Part shown: positions 16,111 to 24,405 of the stretch, in pieces
How positions within the stretch are numbered: position 1 is the first letter of the stretch
How the letters are laid out: every line of letters starts with the position of its first letter
From: Terriglobales bacterium
Lineage (GTDB): Bacteria > Acidobacteriota > Terriglobia > Terriglobales > Acidobacteriaceae
Length of the DNA stretch: 32,000 nucleotides
Assembly: GCA_035623335.1 (NCBI GenBank)
Contig: DASPTQ010000124.1
Span: forward strand, 76,903 to 108,902
Direction of reading: 5' to 3'
The notes under the pieces: model-generated
What the model was told of the DNA's origin: nothing
The model's database searches: none
The model's input: the letters and a program-made list of their open reading frames with translations, nothing else
Position numbers and translations under genes: made by a program

Positions 16111-16965
16111 ATGACCGACACCTTCCGGCTTGCCGAGTCCGCCGCCACGTTTCTGGCATCCCAAACCTCGCTGAGGCCGCAGATTGGATTGGTGCTGGGC
16201 TCAGGCCTCGGCGCCTTTGCTGACCAACTCAGTGAATCCATCCGTATCCCTTACGCTCATATCCCCTCCTTCCCCCGCTCGACAGCGGTAGGTCACGCCG
16301 GGCAGATGGTCTTCGGCAAAGCGGGAGGCACCTCCGTGGTGGCGATGCAAGGCCGGGTGCACCTTTACGAGGGCTATTCCGTGGGGGAAGTGGCTTTCCC
16401 CACTCGGGTTCTGGGACGTCTGGGGGTTCGCGCGCTGATCCTGACCAACGCCGCTGGCGGCATCAACTTGGCTTATAAGCAGGGCGCGCTCGTAGTCATT
16501 TCTGACCACATCAACCTGCAGGGGCAGAACCCCTTGGTGGGGCCGAATGAGGAACGCTTCGGGCCACGCTTTCCTGACATGACCCAGGCTTACTACAAGC
16601 CCTATCGAGTGGTCGCGCTCGAAGCTGCACGTAAGCAGGATAAAGCCATTTATGAAGGTGTTTACGCCGGCCTATTGGGCCCGAGCTATGAAACGCCGGC
16701 GGAGATTCGCTATTTGCGAACCATGGGGGCCGACCTGGTCGGTATGTCCACCATCCCGGAAGTGATCGCCGCTCGCCACATGGGAATCAAAGTCCTGGCA
16801 ATTTCTTGTGTGACCAACATGGCGGCCGGGATTCTCGATCAGCCGCTCCATCATGAAGAGGTACTCGAAACCACCGCCCGAGTGCAGGGAGACTTTGTGG
16901 CGCTCCTCTATGCGGTGTTGCCCAAGATTGCCGAAGACATTGCGGCCACGGAGATAACACGTTGA
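16111..16965 (+). CDS. Purine nucleoside phosphorylase, trimeric (PNP/MTAP) family, 6-oxopurine type
   Basis: Motifs: LVLGSGLG, GRVHLYEGY, LTNAAGG, GPSYETPAE, GADLVGMSTIPEV, and CVTNMAAG (the Asn typical of inosine/guanosine enzymes). The ORF is open from 16063; the ATG at 16111 is preferred. Confidence 0.85.
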   Translation: MTDTFRLAESAATFLASQTSLRPQIGLVLGSGLGAFADQLSESIRIPYAHIPSFPRSTAVGHAGQMVFGKAGGTSVVAMQGRVHLYEGYSVGEVAFPTRVLGRLGVRALILTNAAGGINLAYKQGALVVISDHINLQGQNPLVGPNEERFGPRFPDMTQAYYKPYRVVALEAARKQDKAIYEGVYAGLLGPSYETPAEIRYLRTMGADLVGMSTIPEVIAARHMGIKVLAISCVTNMAAGILDQPLHHEEVLETTARVQGDFVALLYAVLPKIAEDIAATEITR

Positions 16966-17029
16966 CCGCAGACGCTCGACACTCGGCAGTCGCACCCCGG
17001 TCCCAGGTGGGCCGAGGCCAAATGGGGAA

Positions 17030-17956
17030 TCACTTCCCTGGTCTGGGGATAAAAATGGGCTGTGGCGGTTGAATCCCGTAGATGGCGGCGAAACTCCCCT
17101 GGTTCACGGCAATGCCGAGTCGTCCGCGAGAGTCCAGATAGAGCAACGGTTCCTTCAGGGGCACATCACTGAACGTCCGTACAAAGGGAAGATCCATAGT
17201 CTTGTTGCCAAGCTTGAGCGGTACGGTCTGTCCGTGTCCGTATCCCAATTTCAAAAACTCATCTCCGCTCACATTGGTAACCAGGTTGCCGAACGGGCCG
17301 TCGGTCGCGATCACTTCCCCGCTGAGGCCGCGATCATTCTGGTGAGCCGGCGTCAAATTCAGCCGAACCAGTTTGTTCACGTCGAGTTCGGGGCCGACCA
17401 GGGTCCAATCCTCGCCCCGCGCGAGGTGGGCACCCACGGGCGAAAAAATGTCGCGTCCGTGAAACGTCGAGGACAATCGTGTGCCGATCATCCAAGCTGG
17501 GTTGGTGATCTCGCGCGCCGCTTCCACCCCGTCCCGATCTTGAACCAGAGTCATCAGACCGTTGTCGGGAAGGACGAAAAACTGGCCGCGCTTAGATTTC
17601 ACTACGATAGCTTTGCGCGTACTGCCGACCCCGGGATCAATCACCACCACAAAAACGGCACCCGGCGGGTAGTACGGCGCCGCACCATAGAGAAATCTCG
17701 CCCCATCCAAAATCGAGAAGGGCGTGACCTGATGGGTGAGATCGACGATACGCACCTCGGGGTCAATCGAATACATGACTCCTTTGCAGATAGCGACCGA
17801 ATCGTCGAGCACTCCGAAATCGGTCATGAAGACGATGGTGGGCTGCGAACGAGTCTCGGAGTCCGCAGCGACAGGGATGCGAGCGAAACTAAGCAAACCA
17901 ACGAGGACAAGGATTCTTACCAAGCACCGGCTGTGCGTAAAGGCAGATCTTTGCAT
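17030..17956 (-). CDS. SAM hydrolase / SAM hydroxide adenosyltransferase family (DUF62; fluorinase-chlorinase superfamily), with an N-terminal signal-like peptide
   Basis: Motifs: IVFMTDFGVLDDSVAICKGVMYSI, VDLTHQV, VVVIDPGVGSTRKAIVV, FFVLPDNGL, SSTFHGRDIFSPVGAHLA, PLLYLDSRGRLGIAVNQGSF. The N-terminus is MQRSAFTHSRCLVRILVLVGLLSFARIPVAA/DS. Confidence 0.8.
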   Translation of the reverse strand: MQRSAFTHSRCLVRILVLVGLLSFARIPVAADSETRSQPTIVFMTDFGVLDDSVAICKGVMYSIDPEVRIVDLTHQVTPFSILDGARFLYGAAPYYPPGAVFVVVIDPGVGSTRKAIVVKSKRGQFFVLPDNGLMTLVQDRDGVEAAREITNPAWMIGTRLSSTFHGRDIFSPVGAHLARGEDWTLVGPELDVNKLVRLNLTPAHQNDRGLSGEVIATDGPFGNLVTNVSGDEFLKLGYGHGQTVPLKLGNKTMDLPFVRTFSDVPLKEPLLYLDSRGRLGIAVNQGSFAAIYGIQPPQPIFIPRPGK

Positions 17957-17985
17957 GGTGGTGAGCGTTCGGTCGGGCGATCAGA

Positions 17986-17991
17986 ATTATA
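17986..17991 (-). promoter_or_regulatory. Candidate -10 box (TATAAT on the minus strand) upstream of the DUF62 gene
   Basis: The minus strand reads cgacaTATATAATtctgat, and the hexamer ends 29 nt before the ATG at 17956. The -35 is weak. Confidence 0.25.
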
Positions 17992-18105
17992 TATGTCGAG
18001 GGTGGGAGTAGCGATCGCCGCTTTCGCACCATCCGCTCAACCCTTCGGAAGCAGCTTCCCCGCTGGTCATTGCCGCGGATCCGCTCGTCATGGTAGAGGC
18101 AAGAT

Positions 18106-18363
18106 TCAGTTTTCCTTGAGCTCGAAGGCAGCATCCTTCGGTAAATAACTCTTGCGGCGAAACCAATCTTCCATGGCATTCTTCAGCTCTGCCAGAGGCA
18201 CTTTGCTGCCGATTTCCATTAAGCCATCGCCCAGCGGCAAGGTATCGTCAAAAACGCTCGCATTCGTGAAGTTGCGCATCGAGAAGCTGTCCAGCCATTT
18301 CAAAGGACAGGGGTGGGTTGTCCCGTTCTCCTCGTAGACCACGCGGATTCTGCGGGCAAACAT
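18106..18363 (-). CDS. Small hypothetical protein (85 aa)
   Basis: ATG start and mostly G/C third positions, but no clear SD and no family I recognise (MFARRIRVVYEENGTTHPCPLKWLDSF...). The sequence looks lower in GC than its neighbours. Confidence 0.4.
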   Translation of the reverse strand: MFARRIRVVYEENGTTHPCPLKWLDSFSMRNFTNASVFDDTLPLGDGLMEIGSKVPLAELKNAMEDWFRRKSYLPKDAAFELKEN

Positions 18364-18517
18364 ACTACGATTCTAATCACATGGCTCGCAGCGCCATCGT
18401 CTGAGCAACGTGGAATTCGCTTTTGGGGAGCGGGCGCAGGGGAAGGTGGAGGCGCGAGCGCAGATACGCCTTGCGCGATGCCCTCAAGCACCGGCGGGAT
18501 CGCGGGAAGGACCGAGC

Positions 18518-18844
18518 TTACTGCGCCGGCGCGGCGGGTGCTGCCGGCGCGGGCGCGGCTTCACTGTAGCCGGTGTTTACCAAATCCTTCAGCTCCTTGC
18601 TGGGCTTGAAGAACGGGATCTTCTTGGCCGGAACCTCCACCCGATCACCGGTCTTCGGGTTGCGTCCCACGCGAGGCTTGCGCTGACGGGTGCGGAAGCT
18701 GCCAAAACCGCGAATCTCGATTTTGTCGCCCACCCGCAGGGAACGCACGATGCTGTCGAAAATTGTCTCCACGATGACTTCGCTGTCCTTTCGTGTGAGC
18801 TCCGCCAGCCGGGAGACCTCGTCGATCAAGTCCGCCTTCGTCAT
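18518..18844 (-). CDS. Integration host factor / HU family DNA-binding protein with a Pro/Ala-rich C-terminal tail
   Basis: MTKADLIDEVS..., then IEIRGFGSFRTRQRKPRVGRNPKTGDRVEVPAKKIPFFKPSKELK. The tail reads EAAPAPAAPAAPAQ. ATG at 18844; an in-frame GTG lies at 18850. Confidence 0.85.
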   Translation of the reverse strand: MTKADLIDEVSRLAELTRKDSEVIVETIFDSIVRSLRVGDKIEIRGFGSFRTRQRKPRVGRNPKTGDRVEVPAKKIPFFKPSKELKDLVNTGYSEAAPAPAAPAAPAQ

Positions 18845-19007
18845 ACCCACGCCCTCTCGCTCTGTCGCAATAGATTGAACAACGTGGCTGTCTAAGATTT
18901 GGCTCCCGTGCCACCCGGGACCTTCATAACCTTCTCAAATTTCAGGGCTTCTGCGCAAGGGGGAATTTATTTTCCTGCTGCTGCCCGGTACTAGGGCGTC
19001 AGCGGCT

Positions 19008-19922
19008 TCACTGCCAGAGATAATAAAAACCGATGTGGTGCTCGAGTAACTTCTCGCGCGTGGGCAGCCACTGGGACAGATCGCCAAAGAGAAGGTCGAG
19101 CAGGGTCTCGCGGTTCTTTTCCGGATGCACTAAGTTGGGTTCGCCCCGGATGCCTACCGACCTGGCCGTATCTTCCACCGCGGTCTGAAAATCCGCCACC
19201 TGGTCGATCAGGTGCAGCAAAAGGGCCTCCTGGCCGGTCCAGACTCGGCCATCCGCGATCGCCCGGATGTCTTCTTGCTTAGCGTGGCGACCCTCGGCCA
19301 CGGCTTGGACAAACTGGCCGTACATGTTATCGATGAGCGACTGCATGTAGGCGCGTTCGGCAGGGGTCAGCTCGCGGCTCGGGTCTCCGGTGTCCTTGAA
19401 TTCTCCGACCTTGAGAACCTCCGGCTTCAGCTTGGCCCAGCGCATCAGCTCACCATAGTTCACCCACTCCGCGATCACACCGATCGACCCCACGATGCTG
19501 CCGTTGTCGGCATAGATCTTATTGGTAGCCGAAGATACGTAATAAGCCCCGCTTGCCCCCACGGTCTCGATCGAGGCCACAATGCGCCGGTGTTTCTCGT
19601 CGCGCAAGCGCTTGACTTGCCGGTAGATCTCCTCCGACGCCGCTACGCCGCCTCCCGGCGAATTGACGTGCAGGATGATCGCTTTGACCGAATCGTCGTC
19701 GCCAAATTTCTTGAGTTGCTGCACCACAGTCTTGGGGTCGAGAATGACCCCTTCAAGGTCGACGACTCCGATCTTATCTCCAAAGCTGGCCAGGGAGGTC
19801 TCGGTGCCGCCGGCGTGCAAAGTAAGATAAACCAGGGTGAAGACGGCCAGCACAAACAGGAAAAATGCTCCGCCCCCGATGAGTACCCACAGCAGCGTGC
19901 GCGAGCGACCGTCTCCTGCCAT
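19008..19922 (-). CDS. sppA: Signal peptide peptidase SppA, 36K type (S49 family)
   Basis: N-terminal TM segment (LLWVLIGGGAFFLFVLAVFTLVYL), then VKAIILHVNSPGGGVAASEEIY and ASGAYYVSSATNKIYADNGSIVGSIGV. Confidence 0.85.
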   Translation of the reverse strand: MAGDGRSRTLLWVLIGGGAFFLFVLAVFTLVYLTLHAGGTETSLASFGDKIGVVDLEGVILDPKTVVQQLKKFGDDDSVKAIILHVNSPGGGVAASEEIYRQVKRLRDEKHRRIVASIETVGASGAYYVSSATNKIYADNGSIVGSIGVIAEWVNYGELMRWAKLKPEVLKVGEFKDTGDPSRELTPAERAYMQSLIDNMYGQFVQAVAEGRHAKQEDIRAIADGRVWTGQEALLLHLIDQVADFQTAVEDTARSVGIRGEPNLVHPEKNRETLLDLLFGDLSQWLPTREKLLEHHIGFYYLWQ

Positions 19923-20143
19923 ATAGCTAGGTAGTGTAGCACTCTAGGACAATCACCGAAGACCGAGCGAGCCTCCGAGTTCTTCTCGCCAAGTCGAGAG
20001 GTCTTTCTCCGAGCTGGCTGACCGCGGCGCGAGCCGCTCGCAGGGTCGCGCTGACCGGCCACCAATTCGTGCTAAAATGAGCCGCCATTGAGAGCTCGAA
20101 TCTCTCCCTAAGGCGCCAAATCCCCGCACCTAGATGGAACCAC

Positions 20144-21199
20144 TTGGTGGCTGACAATCCCTCCGAGAGCACGGTCGTTACTTATGCCGACGCCGGTGTG
20201 GACATCGACCGGGCCAACCGTACCAAGAAGCGCATCAAGTACTTAGCCCATAAAACCTTTACCAAGAGCGTGCTCAGCGAAATCGGCAGCTTTGGCAGTA
20301 TGTTCGCGATCGACAAGGAAAAATATCTGGACCCGGTCCTGGTCTCTAGCGTCGATGGCGTCGGAACCAAACTCAAAGTCGCTTTCGAGATGAAGATGCA
20401 TCACACGGTCGGGGCCGACCTAGTCAACCATTGCGTGAACGATATTGCCGTGCAGGGCGCCCAGCCTCTGTTCTTCATGGACTATCTGGCAACCGGCAAA
20501 CTTGAGCCCTCCGTGGCCGAGAAGATTGTCGAGGGCCTGGCCGAAGCCTGCAAACACAACGGATGCGCCTTGATCGGCGGTGAAACTGCCGAAATGCCCG
20601 GCTTTTACCCAGAGGGCGAATATGACCTGGCCGGCTTCATCGTTGGCATCGTGGAGCGGGCGCGCCTCATCACCGGCAAGACCGTAGAGGTGGGAGACGT
20701 GATCCTCGGCCTCCCTTCCACGGGGCTGCATACCAACGGCTACTCGCTGGCGCGCAAGCTGTTTTTCGAAGTCGCCGGCTACACCCCTGACACTTACGTG
20801 AACCAGCTGAAGGGTAAGGCCGGGAACGAACTCATGCACCCTCACCGGAGCTACTGGTCCATCATCAAGAAGTTGCTGGCCGGGGAGTGTGTGTCGGCGA
20901 TGGCGCATATCACCGGCGGGGGGATCACGGAAAATCTTCCCCGGGTGTTGCCACGGGGCGTAGCGGCGGTGATCGATCTCGCCTCCTGGCCGGTGTTGCC
21001 TATCTTCGAGCACCTGCAGAGGCTGGGGAACGTCCCGCAAGACGAGATGTTGCGGACCTTCAATATGGGACTGGGCATGCTGCTGGTGGTTCCGGCAAAA
21101 AAGTTCAAGAAGGCGCAAACCGTGTTGGAGCGTGCCGGAGAGAAGTTCTACACTGTCGGCCGCATTGTGAAGGGGGATCGGAAAGTTCTGTACACCTGA
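20144..21199 (+). CDS. purM: Phosphoribosylformylglycinamidine cyclo-ligase (AIR synthetase)
   Basis: Motifs: YADAGVDIDRAN, VSSVDGVGTKLKVA, GADLVNHCVNDIAVQGAQPLFFMDY, GGETAEMPG, AHITGGG. TTG/GTG start at 20144/20147. Confidence 0.9.
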   Translation: MVADNPSESTVVTYADAGVDIDRANRTKKRIKYLAHKTFTKSVLSEIGSFGSMFAIDKEKYLDPVLVSSVDGVGTKLKVAFEMKMHHTVGADLVNHCVNDIAVQGAQPLFFMDYLATGKLEPSVAEKIVEGLAEACKHNGCALIGGETAEMPGFYPEGEYDLAGFIVGIVERARLITGKTVEVGDVILGLPSTGLHTNGYSLARKLFFEVAGYTPDTYVNQLKGKAGNELMHPHRSYWSIIKKLLAGECVSAMAHITGGGITENLPRVLPRGVAAVIDLASWPVLPIFEHLQRLGNVPQDEMLRTFNMGLGMLLVVPAKKFKKAQTVLERAGEKFYTVGRIVKGDRKVLYT

Positions 21200-21210
21200 G
21201 AAGAAGTGGC

Positions 21211-21237
21211 AGGAGGAGGCGCGGCATCCTCTTTTTT
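21211..21237 (+). terminator. Possible rho-independent terminator after purM
   Basis: GAGGA-(9 nt)-TCCTC (21213-21231), followed by TTTTTT (21232-21237). The stem is short, so this is weak. Confidence 0.35.
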
Positions 21238-21280
21238 CTTGCTCGCGGTAGCGCACTCCTCTCTGGCTGTCGTTACCCTT

Positions 21281-22855
21281 TCAACGTTTTAGCAAATCTA
21301 CGGGCTCACGTACGTCATGCACGCGGAAGTATTTCTCGAGCCCGGGATATTTTTCCCCGACCGCCTCGAACATGGCATAGGCCACCCTGCGATACGACTG
21401 GTTGCCCGCAGGACCAGTTCGTAGTTCGGCGATGTAGACGACCTCGGCAAAATCCATCTTGAAGAGGGTTCGTTTCCGAAAGGCCAGGGGAATGGCGTAC
21501 TGAGCGTTCTCCCGGGCTTCCCTGCCCTGAGCCCGGCTTAAACCCTCGACGGCAGCGGCTGCCCGCCCGAGGACCGCGTGGTAGCTCTCGACCAGTCCGG
21601 CGGCGTTGATCTCTTCCGGGGTGTCATAGCCGTGCTCGGTGGTGAAATCCTGCAGGATCTGGATGCATCGCCGATGGCGGTGCATATCGCGGAACCCTCC
21701 GACATCCATCAGGATGTCGAAGCGGAACGGTTGTCCCGCGCAGAAAGCGCGTAGCATCTCATGGTGCTGGCCGCGGTGGCGCAGCCCAAGATCAATGATC
21801 TCGCGGAGGGCCCGGTCGCCCTTCTCCTTAAGCACGTCCCGAATCTGGCGATAGGGATAATGACTGTGCTCATAAATCAGAGTCGTTGCCAGCTCAATCT
21901 CGAGCGGTGCTTCGCCGAGCAGGTCGACCAAGGGTGCCGGATCGACGGGCGTATTTCCCATCAGCTGCTGGGCACATTGCCGCAGCTCACGTCGAGTCTC
22001 GATCTCGTAGTCATTGGGATCGGCGTACTTCACCAGAGTGGGGGCGACCCTGATTTCGCGCAGAAGCTGCTGTTCTGCCCGCGACCCCAGTTCGGGCGAG
22101 ACGGCGCGGATCGCACTGACCAGCTCCCCCAACTGTTTTCGATTCGCATGGTAGGCAGGCGATGCCGCCGCCTGTTTGAGCAGTTCCCCTAAGTGGCGCA
22201 CTTCCTTGTGGGTGTGGGACAGAAGCTGGGAAATCTGGCTCTCGAGCGTGCGGGCGCTCACAATCTCTCCCAGGGAAGTGTTCGTCGCTAGCGGAAGCAA
22301 ATAACGCGACACATCGAACGCCCGAGCCCGTAACGTGCGTTCGTAGGCCTCCGGCTTCATGTCCGGCGGTTGCGGCGTGATCTGCTTGAGATAGCCTAAC
22401 ATCCGCTCGGAAAGCGTTTCGTATTCCCGGAACAGCTCGCCGACGCTTCTCTGGTAGAGCTCCGAAGCTTCAGTATCGTCGCCGAAGTCAGGAGTAAAGT
22501 AGCCACTCTTCCTAAAATCCTGATAGCGCGTCGAGCGTTCCTGCCCATCCCAGCGTTGCTGGTCGACGACCGCGATGGCCGCCAGAATCGAAAGCCGCTC
22601 GATGGCCAGGGCAACGTGAGCCAAATCGGCAATGGAACGGTGTCCGTACTGGAAATAGAAGGTATTGAGAAATTTTTCCGCCTTCTGCTGGCTGATCTCC
22701 TCGAGCGACTCCTTCATGGAAAGAGCCGAACGTGAATATTTCGCCATGGCGTAGGCCTGAATCTCTGGTTCGGCGCCATAGACGGCGTAGACCTCGAGCG
22801 GCCTGGCACCTTGGTTGCCATTGCTGGAATCAGTGGGAGTGACGGGTGCGGACAT
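21281..22855 (-). CDS. thyX: Double-length ThyX-like (flavin-dependent thymidylate synthase family) protein, two tandem ThyX-type halves
   Basis: The N-terminal half has YGHRSIADLAHVALAIERLS...QERSTRYQDF (a ThyX-like H.S..E and S.RY). The C-terminal half has FRDMHRHRRC (an RHR motif). 524 aa, about twice a canonical ThyX. Confidence 0.6.
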   Translation of the reverse strand: MSAPVTPTDSSNGNQGARPLEVYAVYGAEPEIQAYAMAKYSRSALSMKESLEEISQQKAEKFLNTFYFQYGHRSIADLAHVALAIERLSILAAIAVVDQQRWDGQERSTRYQDFRKSGYFTPDFGDDTEASELYQRSVGELFREYETLSERMLGYLKQITPQPPDMKPEAYERTLRARAFDVSRYLLPLATNTSLGEIVSARTLESQISQLLSHTHKEVRHLGELLKQAAASPAYHANRKQLGELVSAIRAVSPELGSRAEQQLLREIRVAPTLVKYADPNDYEIETRRELRQCAQQLMGNTPVDPAPLVDLLGEAPLEIELATTLIYEHSHYPYRQIRDVLKEKGDRALREIIDLGLRHRGQHHEMLRAFCAGQPFRFDILMDVGGFRDMHRHRRCIQILQDFTTEHGYDTPEEINAAGLVESYHAVLGRAAAAVEGLSRAQGREARENAQYAIPLAFRKRTLFKMDFAEVVYIAELRTGPAGNQSYRRVAYAMFEAVGEKYPGLEKYFRVHDVREPVDLLKR

Positions 22856-23002
22856 GGCTGACCTCGGATTGAAATGCTACAGCAAGTTAAGCTTATCGAA
22901 CGATTGGTCAAGTCAACAACTGGTCCTGGTGTTTCGGTCGCGCCGGGTGATGTGTCTTGTCCTTTCTCGCCGTGGACGAAGATCTCTCCGCCCACATCCA
23001 GC

Positions 23003-23008
23003 TATAAT
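23003..23008 (+). promoter_or_regulatory. Candidate -10 box (perfect TATAAT) upstream of fabG
   Basis: TATAAT lies within CTATAATTTCG, and the hexamer ends 29 nt before the ATG at 23038. GGAGGAGGG SD at 23022-23030. Confidence 0.3.
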
Positions 23009-23037
23009 TTCGGCTTTCGATCGGAGGAGGGAAATCT

Positions 23038-23781
23038 ATGAGCCTATCCGGCCGAGTCGCCCTAGTTACTGGTGCGTCACAAGGCATCGGCCGCGCCTGC
23101 GCCCTCAAGCTGGCGGAGGCCGGGGCGGCGGTTGCGTTGGCCGCCCGCAATCAGGAAAAGCTCGAGGAGTTGGCCGGGGCCATTACCGCCAAGGGCGGAC
23201 AGGCCACCACCTTTGTCATGGACGTTGGCGACGAACAGCAAATCAAGGCGGGATGCAAGGCGGCGCTCGACAAGTTTGGCAAGATCGACATTCTCGTCAA
23301 CAATGCCGGCATCAACCGCGATCAGCTGGTCATGCGATTGAAGCGACCCGATTGGGATGCGGTGCTGAATATCAATCTGACTTCCGCTTACCTTTCGATT
23401 CAGCAAGTGATTGGCAGCATGCTCCGCCAGCGCTGGGGCAGAATTGTCAACATGACCTCGATTTTCGGCCAGATGGGACAGGCCGGGCAAGCTAATTATG
23501 CCGCCTCGAAAGCCGGCCTGATTGGCTTGACGATGGCCATCGCTCGCGAGGTGGGCTCACGAAATATAACTTGTAACGCGGTGGCTCCGGGGTTCATCGA
23601 AACCGCCATGACGGCCGCTTTATCCGAGGACTTCCGGCAAAATGCCTTGAAGAACATCCCTCTGGGCAGGCTGGGAACTTCCGAGGACGTCGCCAATGCC
23701 GTGGCCTTTCTGGTTTCCGAGGAAGCTTCCTACATTACCGGCCACGTGTTAAAGGTGAACGGCGGCATGCTCATGGGATAG
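23038..23781 (+). CDS. fabG: 3-oxoacyl-[acyl-carrier-protein] reductase
   Basis: Near-collinear with my recollection of E. coli FabG: ALVTGASQGIGRA, NNAGINRDQLVMRLK, GQANYAASKAGLIGLT, VAPGFIETAMT, ASYITGHVLKVNGGM. Confidence 0.9.
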   Translation: MSLSGRVALVTGASQGIGRACALKLAEAGAAVALAARNQEKLEELAGAITAKGGQATTFVMDVGDEQQIKAGCKAALDKFGKIDILVNNAGINRDQLVMRLKRPDWDAVLNINLTSAYLSIQQVIGSMLRQRWGRIVNMTSIFGQMGQAGQANYAASKAGLIGLTMAIAREVGSRNITCNAVAPGFIETAMTAALSEDFRQNALKNIPLGRLGTSEDVANAVAFLVSEEASYITGHVLKVNGGMLMG

Positions 23782-23804
23782 GACAACCACAATTCAGAGG
23801 AGCC

Positions 23805-24338
23805 ATGGCACCATCCGATCGAGCCGCGAAACCGTCCTCGAGCCCTTCGGCCATGGTTGGTCTCACAATTTTTCAGGCCGAGTCTGCGGCGCACCTCGCC
23901 GAGGTGCGAGAACTGTTTCGCGAGTATGCTCTTTCGTTGAATTTCAGTCTGTGCTTTCAGAATTTTGACCGGGAGCTGGCGGAGTTGCCGGGAGACTATG
24001 CTCCCCCGGAGGGGCGCCTGTTGCTGGCCGATTTTCGCGGCGACACGGCTGGGTGTGTGGCCCTACACAAGTGGAACCCGGGTATTTGCGAGATGAAGCG
24101 TCTCTATCTGCGCCCGCAGTTTCGCGGCAAGGGTCTGGGCCGCATGCTGGCCGAGACCGCGATCGAGGAAGCACGCAAAATCGGCTATCAACGGATGCGG
24201 CTCGACACGGTCGAGCCGATCATGGCCGACGCCGTGGCCATGTACCGCAAGCTCGGCTTTCGCCAGATTGCGCCGTACCGGGTAAACCCGATGCCGGGAA
24301 CGCTGTACATGGAACTCGAGCTAGAGCACCGGGCATGA
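23805..24338 (+). CDS. GNAT family N-acetyltransferase
   Basis: Acetyl-CoA motif LRPQFRGKGLGRMLAETAIEEARKIGYQRMRLDT. GAGGAG lies just upstream of the ATG. Confidence 0.8.
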   Translation: MAPSDRAAKPSSSPSAMVGLTIFQAESAAHLAEVRELFREYALSLNFSLCFQNFDRELAELPGDYAPPEGRLLLADFRGDTAGCVALHKWNPGICEMKRLYLRPQFRGKGLGRMLAETAIEEARKIGYQRMRLDTVEPIMADAVAMYRKLGFRQIAPYRVNPMPGTLYMELELEHRA

Positions 24339-24405
24339 TCGGAACTCTACCCTCACGAAGGCTCGACGGGCCGAGCCCGGTGATATCAAACCAGGAGGTT
24401 GGAAC

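Noticed and set aside
16111-17956. DUF62 enzyme next to a PNP read as a fluorinase/chlorinase plus 5'-halo-5'-deoxyadenosine phosphorylase pair (FlA/FlB or SalL/SalT-like halometabolite starter module).
   Set aside because: The DUF62 protein has the hydrolase-type segments (IDPGVGSTR, STFHGRD) rather than the divergent halogenase versions as I recall them. The PNP carries the 6-oxopurine Asn (CVTNMAAG) rather than the Asp expected for adenine nucleosides. An adenosine deaminase sits in the same locus, and no downstream halometabolite genes are present.
20043-20090. ZTP (pfl-motif) riboswitch upstream of purM, suggested by GGGTCGCGCTGACCGGCCACC ... GCCGCC.
   Set aside because: Only the first few nucleotides resemble the consensus (GGGUCGUGACUGGCG). 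The conserved ACCGGGGAG and CCGCCUGGGC elements are absent; the sequence here reads CCGCCAUUGAG.
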